From: Vicinamibacterales bacterium
GTDB lineage: Bacteria > Acidobacteriota > Vicinamibacteria > Vicinamibacterales > CAVVIG01
Direction of reading: 5' to 3'
Assembly: GCA_036497895.1 (NCBI GenBank)
Contig: DASXIR010000017.1
Span: forward strand, 6,899-70,898
Length of the DNA: 64,000 nt
Both the position numbers and the translations under genes were made by a program. This document shows, one piece after another, positions 52,080 through 62,520 of this stretch; within the stretch, counting starts at the first letter, position 1; every line of letters begins with the position of its first letter. Below the pieces are notes generated by a model. It was given only the letters and a program-made list of their open reading frames with translations, was not told the DNA's origin and searched no databases.

Positions 52080-54518
52080 TTGGCGATTACTCGCTTGTTC
52101 GACCACTCACATCGATTGACACTGCCGCGCGCCACGCCGCGAATCATCGCCGGCAGCGTCCTGGCCGCCGCGCTGGCCTGCATGTCGGCCGGATGCGCTC
52201 CAATTCCTCCGCCACCCTATCCACTCGCTTTTACCATCACCGTCTCTTCGCCGCGGCTGCTCGAAACATCCCGCGAAACGACCGTGAAGCTGCTCGTTTC
52301 GAACGCCGGTCAGCGCGCGTGGGATCCGGCGCGGATCCACGTGTCGTACCACTGGCTGTGGCTGATTCCCCGCGAGCTGATCCACCGTTCACGGCTGGTC
52401 CCGTATCAGGACGGTATTCGTACGGATCTCGATCGGACAGTTGCGCCTGGAGCCAGCGTCGCCCTTGAGGGACGGCTGCTGCCGCCGGCATGGCCAGGTG
52501 TCTACTGGCTGCAATGGGACATGGTCGAGGAAGGCGTTGGCTGGTTTGCCCAGCTGTCTCCCCGGCAGCCACGGACGCTGGTCGTCGTGCTCCCGCCGAT
52601 CGGCTGGATGCTGGCGCCACTGCCGTTGCTTGTGGCCACCTGGGGACTGTTCTCGCGGCGGGCGCGTTACGCCGATGCGCTCTGGTGCGCCGCCGCCCTG
52701 GCGGTCAAGCCGTTGATTCTCGCGCACGAGGCGCTGCTCGAACCCTCGGCAGTCGCCTACTGGTTGATCGGCGTCTTCGCGCTGATGGTGCCGCTGGTCG
52801 GCGTCGTCGTGTTGCCGCGACGCCTTCGCCCGATCATTCTGGTTGTGGTCGGCAGCTTCTGCTCGGTGCTGATCCTCGCGGACATCCTGTATTACCGCTT
52901 CTTCGGCGACCTGCTGTCCGCACCGGTGCTGCTGGCCGCGCAGCAGACCGGACGCGTACGACAGTCGATCGCCAGCCTGTTTTCTCCGGGGCTGATCTGG
53001 TTGCTGGCCGATTGCGTATGCGCGTTGTGCCTCGCGATTCGCATGACTCTCGCACCTCGGCCCGTGGCTTCGTTCGGCCGCCGTGTCCTGGCCCTGGCGA
53101 CAGCTTCGGTGCTGCTTGCGACGATTGGAATCGCGCTCTCGCCGCGGCGTGTTCTGGCCTCGGCCTCGCTCGACCAGATGTTTCGCGATCGCTCGGTCGC
53201 CGAACAGCTCGGACCTTTTGGGTTCCACCTCTACGACGTCTGGAACTACGGCCAGTCGCGATGGCTCAAGGCGCCGCTGACTGCGGCGCAGTTCGACCGT
53301 GTGGCGTCGTGGCTTGCGGCGCGAGCGCCTTTGCGGGCCGGGAGCGCTCCCCGTTTTGGCGCGGCGCAGGGCAGGAACCTGATCGTCGTCCAGGTGGAGT
53401 CGCTGCAGGACTTCGCGGTGGACTTTCGCATCGCCGATCAGGACGTGATGCCGCACCTGAAGGCGTGGACGCGCGATAGCCTGCGCTTCACCAATCTCAC
53501 CGACCAGACCAACCAGGGCCGAACGTCAGATGCCGAGTTCACCACGCTGACGTCGCTGCTGCCGCTTGATCACGGCGCGGTCGCGTTTCGATATCCCGCC
53601 AACCGTTATGTGGGGCTGCCCGCGGTCCTCGCCGAACACGGATACTCGACGAGCTCGGCGGTCGCGTTCGAGTCGGGATTCTGGAATCGCGGCGTGATGC
53701 ATCCGTCGTACGGCTTTCAGAAGACATTCTTCGAACCGGACTTTCAGCTGACCGAACAAATCGGCTGGGGGCTCAACGATCGCGATTTCCTGCAGCAGAT
53801 GGTGCCGCGTCTCGAGCAGTCGCGGCGGCCGTTCGCGGCGTGGCTGATCACCTTGTCGCTGCACCACCCGTTCGAGGATTTTCCCGATCGGCACAAGGTG
53901 CTCAAGCTCGGGTCGCTCGAGGGTTCGTCATTCGGGAATTATCTCCACACCATGCGGTTCTTCGACACCGCGCTCGAGGAGTTCAAGGCGTCGCTGGCCC
54001 GGGATGGCCTGCTCGACGACAGCGTGATCGTTGTCTTCGGCGATCATGACGCCGGGTTCACGCGCGACGCGGACTTGTCGCGGCAACTGGGGATCGGCGC
54101 CGGCGAGGTCGGCTGGTCGCTCAACGACCGGGTGCCGTTGTTCGTGCGCGTCCCGGGCGGGGCACTGGCCGGCGTCGAGCCGCGCCCGGCAGGGCAGACC
54201 GACCTCGCTCCGACGCTGCTCGCCTTGCTCGGGATCGACCCGGCGCCGCTGCCGTACGTCGGACGCAATCTGCTCGGCGCCGCCGACGATCTGCCGGTGC
54301 CGCGACCGTACGGTGACTGGCTGGATGCGAGCCATCTGTTCCTGTCGCGTGGTCCTGAATCGGTCTGCATCGCGGTGGCCGGCCGCAGCCCCATTCCGAT
54401 TCAGGCCTGTGCCGATGCCGATCGCGCTGCGACCCAGGAACGCGAGTTCTCGCGTCTGGTCATCACTGAGGATCTGCAGCAGCGTCTTCGCTCGCGGCTG
54501 AGAGAGCTCGCGCGGTGA
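52080..54518 (+). CDS. LTA-synthase/sulfatase-family (alkaline-phosphatase superfamily) membrane protein with an extra N-terminal domain
   Basis: Sulfatase-domain motifs NLIVVQVESLQ and TNQGRTSDAEFTTLTSLLP, with about 6 TM segments. An N-terminal roughly 120-aa beta-rich domain follows a lipobox-like LAAALACMSAGC. TTG start. Confidence 0.8.
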   Translation: MAITRLFDHSHRLTLPRATPRIIAGSVLAAALACMSAGCAPIPPPPYPLAFTITVSSPRLLETSRETTVKLLVSNAGQRAWDPARIHVSYHWLWLIPRELIHRSRLVPYQDGIRTDLDRTVAPGASVALEGRLLPPAWPGVYWLQWDMVEEGVGWFAQLSPRQPRTLVVVLPPIGWMLAPLPLLVATWGLFSRRARYADALWCAAALAVKPLILAHEALLEPSAVAYWLIGVFALMVPLVGVVVLPRRLRPIILVVVGSFCSVLILADILYYRFFGDLLSAPVLLAAQQTGRVRQSIASLFSPGLIWLLADCVCALCLAIRMTLAPRPVASFGRRVLALATASVLLATIGIALSPRRVLASASLDQMFRDRSVAEQLGPFGFHLYDVWNYGQSRWLKAPLTAAQFDRVASWLAARAPLRAGSAPRFGAAQGRNLIVVQVESLQDFAVDFRIADQDVMPHLKAWTRDSLRFTNLTDQTNQGRTSDAEFTTLTSLLPLDHGAVAFRYPANRYVGLPAVLAEHGYSTSSAVAFESGFWNRGVMHPSYGFQKTFFEPDFQLTEQIGWGLNDRDFLQQMVPRLEQSRRPFAAWLITLSLHHPFEDFPDRHKVLKLGSLEGSSFGNYLHTMRFFDTALEEFKASLARDGLLDDSVIVVFGDHDAGFTRDADLSRQLGIGAGEVGWSLNDRVPLFVRVPGGALAGVEPRPAGQTDLAPTLLALLGIDPAPLPYVGRNLLGAADDLPVPRPYGDWLDASHLFLSRGPESVCIAVAGRSPIPIQACADADRAATQEREFSRLVITEDLQQRLRSRLRELAR

Positions 54519-54531
54519 CGAGCGCCGCGCG

Positions 54532-55200
54532 ATGACGAGTACAATGACGGGCGTTCGCATGCGTGGTTCAGTTCTCGCGCTCGTGTTGCTCTGCCTCGCC
54601 GGCGTCCATCCCGTTTTCGCGCAGGAGCCTCCGCCACGCATTCCGTTCGTCGCGGTCGACGTCCAGGGTTCGCTGAGTAATTTTCCATCGGCGGATCAGG
54701 ATCTGGCGGCCAGCCGCGGCATGGCCGTCGCCGAACTGCCCGGTCTTGGCGTGGGTGCACAGGTCGCGTTGAACATCTATCCCTTCAAATGGAAGGCTGT
54801 GACGTTCGGGTTCGGCGGCAGCCTGGTGACGACTCACGCCAGCCAGACCCCCAATCCGCCGGTCGAGGGCGTTCGTTCGTCAGACGAACGGTTCAGGTCG
54901 TATGTGCCGCAGTTCTCCTTGAACTTCGGCAATGGACACGGCTGGAGCTACATCAGTGGCGGCATCGGTCAATCGACGTGGGCGCTGACGCCGGAAGGTC
55001 AGGAAGGATTTCCACCGGATTCCGAGCCGCTCAAAACCATCAACTATGGCGTCGGGGCGCGGTGGTTCATGAAGAACCACCTCGCCTTCAGCTTCGACGT
55101 TCGCTTCTACGTCATCGATCCGAGTACGCCGTACCAAGGATTTCCCGCCAGCCCGCGGCTGCGCCAGACCGTGTTCAGCGCCGGAATCTCGCTGAAGTAA
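54532..55200 (+). CDS. Outer-membrane beta-barrel-like protein (222 aa)
   Basis: Signal peptide GSVLALVLLCLAGVHPVFAQ, followed by alternating hydrophobic beta-strand patterns. The family is not certain. Confidence 0.55.
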   Translation: MTSTMTGVRMRGSVLALVLLCLAGVHPVFAQEPPPRIPFVAVDVQGSLSNFPSADQDLAASRGMAVAELPGLGVGAQVALNIYPFKWKAVTFGFGGSLVTTHASQTPNPPVEGVRSSDERFRSYVPQFSLNFGNGHGWSYISGGIGQSTWALTPEGQEGFPPDSEPLKTINYGVGARWFMKNHLAFSFDVRFYVIDPSTPYQGFPASPRLRQTVFSAGISLK

Positions 55201-55204
55201 CGGG

Positions 55205-57640
55205 CTAGTCGCCGCGGAGCGCGACCATCGGATCGACGCGCGTCGCCCGCCGCGCCGGAATGTAGCTGGCGAGCAGCGCCACGCCGAGCAGTCCGGCCGC
55301 GACTGCGGCGAGCGTGATCGGGTCGGTCGCGCTCACCTCGAACAGCAGACCTCGGATCAGACGGCCGGAGCCGATCGCCAGCGCCGAGCCGAGCACGATT
55401 CCCGTGACGGCCAGCCGCCCGCCGTCGCTGAGCACCATCCGCATCACGTCCCCGGGCTGAGCGCCGATCGCCATCCGTACGCCGATCTCGTGTCCGCGCT
55501 GCGTGACCGAGTACGCCACCACGCCGTAAATGCCGATCGTCGCCAGTGCGAGAGCCAGGCCGCCGAGCAGCGCAAACAGCAGCAGGTTGAGCCGCCGATC
55601 CGAAGTGGAGTCGGCCATGACCTGCTCGAGCGTCGTCACATCGGAGATTCCGAGATCGGGATCTACCGCGTGAATGGCCGCCCGCGCCTCGCCAACCGCC
55701 GCGCGCGGGTCGTGGTCCGTGCGGACGACCCATGTCATCGTGGAAACGGCGGGGTCGGCGGCGCCACCGTAGCGGAACTGCGCATGCGGTCGGTACATCT
55801 CCGGACGCGGCAATGCGTCGAGCCCTCGATGATGCACGTCCTCGACTACGCCGACCACAGTGATCCAGTTCGTGTTGCCGCCCATCGTCATTCGCCGGCC
55901 GACCGCGTTTTCGCCGGGCCAGAACTTCCCGGCCATGGTTTCGTTGACGATGATCACCGGCAACGTGTCGGCCCGATCGGCGCCGGTGAACACGCGTCCG
56001 CTCCGAAGCGGCGTGCCGATTGCCTCGAAGTAGCCAGGCGTGACCACTTGCCAGTCGGCCGCCAGACCGTTCGTGCCGTTGACTGGCCGTCCCTCAATGC
56101 GAACACCCCAGTCGCCGCGGGTGCTGGCGAGCGGCAATCCCGTGACAGCGCCCGCGGCTTTCACACCTGCCGATTCGCGTAAGCGCCGTTCGACGTCGGT
56201 GTAGGCGAGCACCATCGCCGTCGAGTTCGCATAGGTGGCGTTCGGCAGTGACGTCCTCAGCGTCAGCGCGTGAGCCGGATTGAAGCCGGCGTTCACGTCG
56301 AGCAGGTGCGCAAAGCTGCGCGCGAGCAGCATCGCCGCCGCCACCAGGACGACGGAAGCCGCCATCTCGCAAACCACCAGCGCGCGTCGCAACCATCCGC
56401 CGGCGACGTGTGAATCGCGACCGCCTTCTTTGAGCACCGGTTGCAAATCGGCGCGTGCGGCCTGCAGCGCCGGAACGATGCCGAAGACAATGCCGGTCAC
56501 AACCGAGACGACTGCCGTGAACGCCAGCACGCGGCCATCAATCGCGACGTCGTGAAGCCGCGGAATTTTCAGCGGATCGAGCCCCACCAGGCCGCGCGTC
56601 AGCGCATAGGCCAGGGCGATTCCCGCGGCGCCGCCGATTCCTGACAGCACCAGCGCCTCGGTCAGCAGTTGACGCACGATTCGGCCGCGTCCGGCGCCAA
56701 GGACGATCCGGATCGCGAGTTCCTTCTGACGTGCGTCCGATCGCGCCAGCAACAGGTTGGCCACGTTCGCGCAGGCAATCAACAGGACTGCCCCCACTGC
56801 CAGCAACAACAGCAGCAACGCGGGCCGCACCTCGCCGAATACCTCGGTCGGCGCCGGCACCAGCGTCAGGCCGAACTCGTTGTCGTAAAAGTTGGGAAAG
56901 CGCGCATGGAACCCCTGCGTGATGGTATCGATCTCAGCCTGCGCCTTTGGCAGGCTGACGCCGGGCTTCAATCGACCGAGTGCGTTCAAGCCATGATTCC
57001 CGCGGCTCTGTGGGTCGGTCGGCCCGAGCGCGATCGGCACCCAGAGTTGCGTCGGCGTCCGGTTGCCGTAGTCGAGCGGCAGGAGCAACGCACCCGGGAG
57101 GACGCCCACGATTGTATAGCCGGCCGCGTCGAGCTGAATCGTGCGCCCGAGCACCTGTGGGTCGGATGCGAATCGGGTGCGCCACAGGCCTTCGCTGAGC
57201 ATCGCCACGCGCTCGTGGCCCGGCTGATCTTCTTCAGTAGTGAACACCCGACCCGCGATCGGCGAGGCGCCGAGGGCGGCGAAGATTTCTGGCTGCACCT
57301 GAGCGGCCAGGACTCGCATCGCCTCGCCGCCGCCGGTCAGGTTGAATGACGTCGAGCTGAACGCCGCCACGTGTTCCAGCGACTGCGCCTGTTGGTAGTC
57401 CTCGAGCTCGGCCTGCGATACCCAGGTCTTGGACCAGTTGATCCAGTGGCTCCACAACAGGACCACCCGATCGGGCTCGTGGTAAGGCAGTGGCCGGAGC
57501 AGGACGGCGTTGACGATCCCGAAGATGGCCGTGTTGGCGCCGATGCCGAGCGCCAGCGTCAGCAACGCGACCAGCGTGAAGCCCGGCTGCTTGGCCAGCG
57601 CGCGAATGGCGTACCGCAGATCGTTGCGGAATGTGAACAC
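55205..57640 (-). CDS. ADOP-family duplicated MacB/FtsX-type ABC permease (811 aa), second copy
   Basis: N-terminus [31 protein letters not shown] is paralogous to the copy at 21083-23530. GTG start. No ATPase gene is adjacent. Confidence 0.85.
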   Translation of the reverse strand: MFTFRNDLRYAIRALAKQPGFTLVALLTLALGIGANTAIFGIVNAVLLRPLPYHEPDRVVLLWSHWINWSKTWVSQAELEDYQQAQSLEHVAAFSSTSFNLTGGGEAMRVLAAQVQPEIFAALGASPIAGRVFTTEEDQPGHERVAMLSEGLWRTRFASDPQVLGRTIQLDAAGYTIVGVLPGALLLPLDYGNRTPTQLWVPIALGPTDPQSRGNHGLNALGRLKPGVSLPKAQAEIDTITQGFHARFPNFYDNEFGLTLVPAPTEVFGEVRPALLLLLLAVGAVLLIACANVANLLLARSDARQKELAIRIVLGAGRGRIVRQLLTEALVLSGIGGAAGIALAYALTRGLVGLDPLKIPRLHDVAIDGRVLAFTAVVSVVTGIVFGIVPALQAARADLQPVLKEGGRDSHVAGGWLRRALVVCEMAASVVLVAAAMLLARSFAHLLDVNAGFNPAHALTLRTSLPNATYANSTAMVLAYTDVERRLRESAGVKAAGAVTGLPLASTRGDWGVRIEGRPVNGTNGLAADWQVVTPGYFEAIGTPLRSGRVFTGADRADTLPVIIVNETMAGKFWPGENAVGRRMTMGGNTNWITVVGVVEDVHHRGLDALPRPEMYRPHAQFRYGGAADPAVSTMTWVVRTDHDPRAAVGEARAAIHAVDPDLGISDVTTLEQVMADSTSDRRLNLLLFALLGGLALALATIGIYGVVAYSVTQRGHEIGVRMAIGAQPGDVMRMVLSDGGRLAVTGIVLGSALAIGSGRLIRGLLFEVSATDPITLAAVAAGLLGVALLASYIPARRATRVDPMVALRGD

Positions 57641-57698
57641 GCCGCCCTCCGGTAGCGGTTAGACGGCACCCGGAACCGTGGGGTTGTCGGCGCCTTGC

Positions 57699-58322
57699 TC
57701 AGCCCAACGAGAATGGCGGGTAGTCGTCAACAAGCAGCAGGAGGTACGCCTCGAGGCGGATCGACCACCTCAGTGCGCCGGCGCTGAAATGGTACAGGGC
57801 CGCGGGATACGAGCCGGCGATCACGATGGTGAACCACGCGAAGACTGTGGTCACCATCCAGGCCGCCACCACGAAGCCGAACACGATGAGGTTCGGGATG
57901 ACGAGCAGAATCCTGAGGAAGACGGACAGCCGTCTTCGTGGCCCGGCCGGATCGACAACGCTGACGGCGACCGGATAGGCGAGATCTCCGAACGGCGGAT
58001 ATTGATCCTCGAGCAGCATGAGATAGGCAAGCGCGCGCCCGCGCCAGCGCAGGAAGAAAAGCGTGAACTGGCGGATGCCTGACACGTGGTTGCCCGCGAT
58101 CACGATCGTGAACCAGCTGACGATGGCCAGCAGGATCGCAATGGCGCCCAGGATGCCGGTTTCTCCGCCGAACGAGGTCCGGGATCCTCTTGACAGCACG
58201 CTGAAGCCGAGCCCGCCCACCAGGATGAAGTGAGGAATGGCCAGAATGATGCGGAACGCGGTGGTCAGGCGATTCCGATTCGCGATTCGCGGTTCCACAG
58301 TGACCGAAACGGGGTAGGCCAT
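57699..58322 (-). CDS. DUF4389-like membrane protein with an internal tandem duplication
   Basis: Two copies of the pattern YPV.V.V...RL..F.RI.L.IP......WFTIVIAG......LRW..R...YL.LL.D.YPPF. ATG at 58322. Confidence 0.7.
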   Translation of the reverse strand: MAYPVSVTVEPRIANRNRLTTAFRIILAIPHFILVGGLGFSVLSRGSRTSFGGETGILGAIAILLAIVSWFTIVIAGNHVSGIRQFTLFFLRWRGRALAYLMLLEDQYPPFGDLAYPVAVSVVDPAGPRRRLSVFLRILLVIPNLIVFGFVVAAWMVTTVFAWFTIVIAGSYPAALYHFSAGALRWSIRLEAYLLLLVDDYPPFSLG

Positions 58323-58369
58323 CGGCACATCATAGGGAGAACGGTCCCGAAGTAAAAGCCAAACGTGCG

Positions 58370-60331
58370 ATGATTCCCGGCATGTGGTTGATGCTGGCGG
58401 CGCTGTTTGCGGCAATCTCCGGATTCGTGCACTCGGCAATGCCCGACATCGTCGAGCGCGGTACGCTCAGGTTGCACTACGTCCAGAAGCCTATCGGCTA
58501 CGAACGTTACGAGGTTGCCAGGCACGGCGATGCGCTGGAGCTGACGTCGGATTTTGATTTCACCGATCGCGGCGGGCGCGTGCAGCTGGCATCGACACTT
58601 CGGACCGCGTCCGACTTCACTCCCATTCATTTCACCGCGAAGGGCAAGAGCTATCGCTTCGTGAACGTCGACTCGGAGGTGACGGTTGACGGCAGCGATG
58701 CCGTGGTCCGCGCCGACGGCACCGAAGTGCGGGTGACATTGCCGCCGCAGTTCTACACGGTCGATGGCTACGCCCCCTTCGCCGCGCAGATGTTGATGCT
58801 GCGCTACTGGAAGCAACACGGCCAGCCGCACCTGCTGCAGACCGTGCCCGGGTTGCCGCAGAACGACGTCACCATCGAAGCCCGCGGACGTGAGTCGATT
58901 CGGGTCGGCGGCAACGCGCTGATGCTCGATCGCTATGTCATCGACGGCGTCGTCTGGGGCCGCGAAACGATCTGGCTGGATGAGCATGGCGCCATCGCCG
59001 CGGCGATCACGCGCGCCGGCGGCCTGAGCTTCGAGGCGGTACGCGAGGATCTCGAGCCCGCGCTGGTGTCGTTCGTCGAGCGCGCGACCCGTGATCGGCT
59101 CGCCGATCTGCAGAACCTGACCGAGCACACGCCGCTGCTGAGGAGCGGCACCTACGCCTTGAGCGGCGCCACGATCATCGACGGTACCGGCCGGCCACCG
59201 ATTCCGGACGGCGTCGTGATTATCCGCGACGGCAGGATCGCTGAGGTCGGACCGCGCGCGTCGGTGATGATCCCGGCCGACATGACGACCGTGCCACTGA
59301 CCGGCAAGACCTTGGTGCCCGGCCTGTGGGACATGCATACCCATTTCACGCAGGTCGAGTGGGCGCCGGTGTATCTCGCCGCCGGTGTCACCACCGTGCG
59401 CGACATGGGCAACGAGTTCGAGTTCATTACCGCGTTGCGCAAGTCGATTGAGTCGGGGTCATCGCTCGGACCGCGCATTCTGATGGCCGGGTTGATCGAC
59501 GGTCCCGGACCGAACGCGTTCGGCGTCTACTACGCCTCGACTCCTGAAGAAGGAAAACGCCTGGTCGCGAAGTATCACGACGCCGGATTCGAGCAGATCA
59601 AGATTTACAGCCTGGTCACACCGGCGATGGTCGAGGCGATCTGCGCCGAAGCCCACCGGCTCGGTATGACCGTCACCGGCCACGTGCCCAACGGCATGAC
59701 GATTGTCGAGGCTGCCGCCGCCGGCATGGATCACGTCGCGCACCTGCCGATCCGGGGCGAAGCAGGAACCGACGATGTCAACAAGACGATCGCATTCCTG
59801 AAGGACCATCACACCGTAGTGGACCCCACGCAATCCTGGGGCGAGCTGCTGGGACACGCACTGGGCGCGCCGGTTGCCGCGTTTCAGCCCGGAATCGTCC
59901 GGATCCCGGCACCGCTCAACCGCATCTTCTCCAACGCGGGATCCGCCGGTATCGACGCCGCGACGGCGCGTTCCCGGGTCGAGCGTGGGCTCAGGATTGT
60001 GAAGGCGCTACACGACGCCGGCGTACCGGTCGTGGCCGGGACCGACGAAGGTGTGCCCGGTCACAGCGTCCACCGCGAGATCGAGTTGTATGTCGAAGCG
60101 GGCTTCACGCCGCTCGAAGCGATTCAAGCGGCGACGATCGTGCCGGCGCGCGCGATGAAGCTCGATCGCGAACTCGGCACCATCGAGGCCGGCAAACGAG
60201 CGGATCTGGTTGTCCTCAACGCGAATCCGCTCGAGACCATCAAGAACATCCGCAGTGTCCGCTGGACGATCAGCGCGGGTCGCGTCTACGATTCCGCTGC
60301 ACTGTGGAAGAGCGTGCGGTTCCAGCCATAG
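58370..60331 (+). CDS. Amidohydrolase-family metallohydrolase with an uncharacterised N-terminal domain of about 255 aa
   Basis: Signal/TM N-terminus. The amidohydrolase core starts near YALSGATIIDGTG and has the metal-binding motif LVPGLWDMHTHF. Confidence 0.8.
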   Translation: MIPGMWLMLAALFAAISGFVHSAMPDIVERGTLRLHYVQKPIGYERYEVARHGDALELTSDFDFTDRGGRVQLASTLRTASDFTPIHFTAKGKSYRFVNVDSEVTVDGSDAVVRADGTEVRVTLPPQFYTVDGYAPFAAQMLMLRYWKQHGQPHLLQTVPGLPQNDVTIEARGRESIRVGGNALMLDRYVIDGVVWGRETIWLDEHGAIAAAITRAGGLSFEAVREDLEPALVSFVERATRDRLADLQNLTEHTPLLRSGTYALSGATIIDGTGRPPIPDGVVIIRDGRIAEVGPRASVMIPADMTTVPLTGKTLVPGLWDMHTHFTQVEWAPVYLAAGVTTVRDMGNEFEFITALRKSIESGSSLGPRILMAGLIDGPGPNAFGVYYASTPEEGKRLVAKYHDAGFEQIKIYSLVTPAMVEAICAEAHRLGMTVTGHVPNGMTIVEAAAAGMDHVAHLPIRGEAGTDDVNKTIAFLKDHHTVVDPTQSWGELLGHALGAPVAAFQPGIVRIPAPLNRIFSNAGSAGIDAATARSRVERGLRIVKALHDAGVPVVAGTDEGVPGHSVHREIELYVEAGFTPLEAIQAATIVPARAMKLDRELGTIEAGKRADLVVLNANPLETIKNIRSVRWTISAGRVYDSAALWKSVRFQP

Positions 60332-60386
60332 GGCAGCGCGTCGTTCCAATCCACATCGTGTCGCTCAGCCAAGGCTCCCGGTCGCG

Positions 60387-61226
60387 ATGACATCGCTGCA
60401 CTATGCCGCGCTTGCCGCGATCACGTTTGGTGCCGCGTTCGTCAACGGTGCACTCGGCTACGGGTTTTCGTCGCTCACCGTCCCACTCGCGTTACTGTTT
60501 CTCAGTAACCGCACGCTGACTCCCGCGCTGGTGCTGCTCGAAGTCGTGCTCAACGCGTACGTGCTGTGGGTCAACCGTTCGGCGCTGCCACAGGTCCGGC
60601 GCCGCGTGCTGCCGGTGACGATCGGTCTCGCGCCTGGCGTCATCGTCGGCACCTTCATCGTGTCCACCGTGAGTCCGGACTGGCTGAAGTTCTGGACCTA
60701 TGTGGCGCTGTTGCCATTGATCCTGATCCAGACCATCGGCTATCGCCGCCCGATCCGGGCGGAACGAGCCGCCGGCCTGCTGTTTGGCGGCGGCGTCGGC
60801 GTGCTCTACGCCGTGACCACGATTTCAGGGCCGCCACTGGCGGTGGCGCTGAATAACCAGGGTTTCTCGAAGCAGGAATTTCGCGCAGCTCTCGGACTTG
60901 TCAGGCTCGCCGAATCGACGATGACCGCGGTGGCGTATCTGGTTACCGGCTTGTTCATACGCGACAGCATCGCGCTGCTGCCCTGGATCGTTCCCAGTGT
61001 CGCGATCGGCGTGCCGCTGGGCACGCTCTCGATTCGTCACCTCGACGCGGAGACCTTCCGCCGCGTTTCGATGAGCTTCGACGCGTGGATTGTCTCGTTC
61101 GGCGTATCGGTGTTGCTGCGGCAGTTGCACCTGGTTGACGGGAACGCTGCCTTCAGCGTGATGGCGATTGTGGTCGCAATCGACGCGTGGCTGCTGCGCC
61201 GCTTCTTTCGTTCGCGCCCAGGCTAG
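60387..61226 (+). CDS. TauE/SafE (TSUP) family anion exporter-like membrane protein
   Basis: AAFVNGALGYGFSSLTVPLALLF and about 8 TM segments. ATG at 60387. Confidence 0.8.
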   Translation: MTSLHYAALAAITFGAAFVNGALGYGFSSLTVPLALLFLSNRTLTPALVLLEVVLNAYVLWVNRSALPQVRRRVLPVTIGLAPGVIVGTFIVSTVSPDWLKFWTYVALLPLILIQTIGYRRPIRAERAAGLLFGGGVGVLYAVTTISGPPLAVALNNQGFSKQEFRAALGLVRLAESTMTAVAYLVTGLFIRDSIALLPWIVPSVAIGVPLGTLSIRHLDAETFRRVSMSFDAWIVSFGVSVLLRQLHLVDGNAAFSVMAIVVAIDAWLLRRFFRSRPG

Positions 61227-62503
61227 CTGTCGGCCCTGAAATGCTGGCCGCGCGTTTCCGGCCCGAGCCAGATGAGGAGGCTGATGAGCGTGCCGGAGCC
61301 GGCGATACAAGCCGCCATTGCCGTGGCCAGCGGCAGCCCGCGATCCTGCAGCATGCCGACCAGCGTCGGCGTGAACGATCCGAGCCCGGCACCGACGTGA
61401 TAGGCGAAGCCGGCACCGACCGCGCGGGCGACGGTGGGGAAGCGCTCCGCGAGGTAGCCGGGCACGACACCGAAGTTACCGGCACCGAAAAATCCCATCG
61501 CCAGCGCGCCGACGAGCAGAAGCACGCCGTTGTTCGTGAACACGAACAACGGGATGAACAGCACTCCGATCATCGTGGACAAGGTGGCCGATCCCCGTCG
61601 TCCGAGGCGCCCCTCGGACAGCCGTCCGAACGCCAGCGCGCCGGTGATGCCGCCGATGTTCAGCGCCGCCAGAAACGGCAGCGTCTGCCGGTGCATCTGG
61701 CCGATCAGCGTCGGATACCAGTAGGTGATGGAGTGATACATGAACAGGAACGCACCCATCAGCAGCGACGTGTGCACCGTCGTCCAGATCAGATCCGGTG
61801 CGAACAGCCGGGTCAGCGACAGCGAGTCGCGCCGGCGATGTTCCTTCAGATGACGTTGACGGTCGAGCCAGACCGGGCTCTCAGCGACGCTCCTCATCAC
61901 GAAGAACACCAGCAGCGACGGCAGGATGCCGATCCACAGCATCACCCGCCAGCCCATGTTGCCTTGATTCACCAGCGGATAGCCGAACTGGAAGACCAGC
62001 GACGAGAGCAGGAATCCCATCGAGTAGCCGCCCTGCATCAGGCCCGATGCAGTGCCGCGCAGGTGCGGCGGCCAGTGCTCGAGCGTCAGCGGCATGCCTG
62101 CCGCCCACACGCCGCCCATGCCGATGCCGAACAGCGCGCGAATCGCGAACAGCATCCCGTACGACGTCGAGAAGCCTCCAAGGAACGAGAACAGCGAGTA
62201 CCAGAGGATCGAAAACATCAGCGGACCCTTGCGGCCCCAGCGGTCCGCGGCCGTGCCCGCACCGATGCCCCCGGCGACGCGGAAGATCAAGGTGACCGTC
62301 CCGAGCGCGCCTGCGAGCGCTTTGTCCACTGTGAAGCTGCGCTGGATGTCGACCAGCAGGAAGGTCAGAATCGTGAAGTCGAACCCGTCGAGCACCCAAC
62401 CCAGATAGCAGCCGGCAAAGACTTTCCACTGTGTGCTCGTGACTTCGCGGTACCAGCCGGGGCGTGACGCCGTCGCCGGCCGATCGAGGGATACCTGAGT
62501 CAC
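61223..62503 (-). CDS. MFS transporter, NanT (sialate:H+ symporter)-like
   Basis: TQWKVFAGCYLGWVLDGFDFTILTFLLVDIQ...ADRWGRKGP...EHWPPHLRGTASG resembles the E. coli NanT N-terminal half as I remember it. GTG at 62503. Confidence 0.8.
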   Translation of the reverse strand: MTQVSLDRPATASRPGWYREVTSTQWKVFAGCYLGWVLDGFDFTILTFLLVDIQRSFTVDKALAGALGTVTLIFRVAGGIGAGTAADRWGRKGPLMFSILWYSLFSFLGGFSTSYGMLFAIRALFGIGMGGVWAAGMPLTLEHWPPHLRGTASGLMQGGYSMGFLLSSLVFQFGYPLVNQGNMGWRVMLWIGILPSLLVFFVMRSVAESPVWLDRQRHLKEHRRRDSLSLTRLFAPDLIWTTVHTSLLMGAFLFMYHSITYWYPTLIGQMHRQTLPFLAALNIGGITGALAFGRLSEGRLGRRGSATLSTMIGVLFIPLFVFTNNGVLLLVGALAMGFFGAGNFGVVPGYLAERFPTVARAVGAGFAYHVGAGLGSFTPTLVGMLQDRGLPLATAMAACIAGSGTLISLLIWLGPETRGQHFRADS

Positions 62504-62520
62504 TGAAACCGATAATACCT

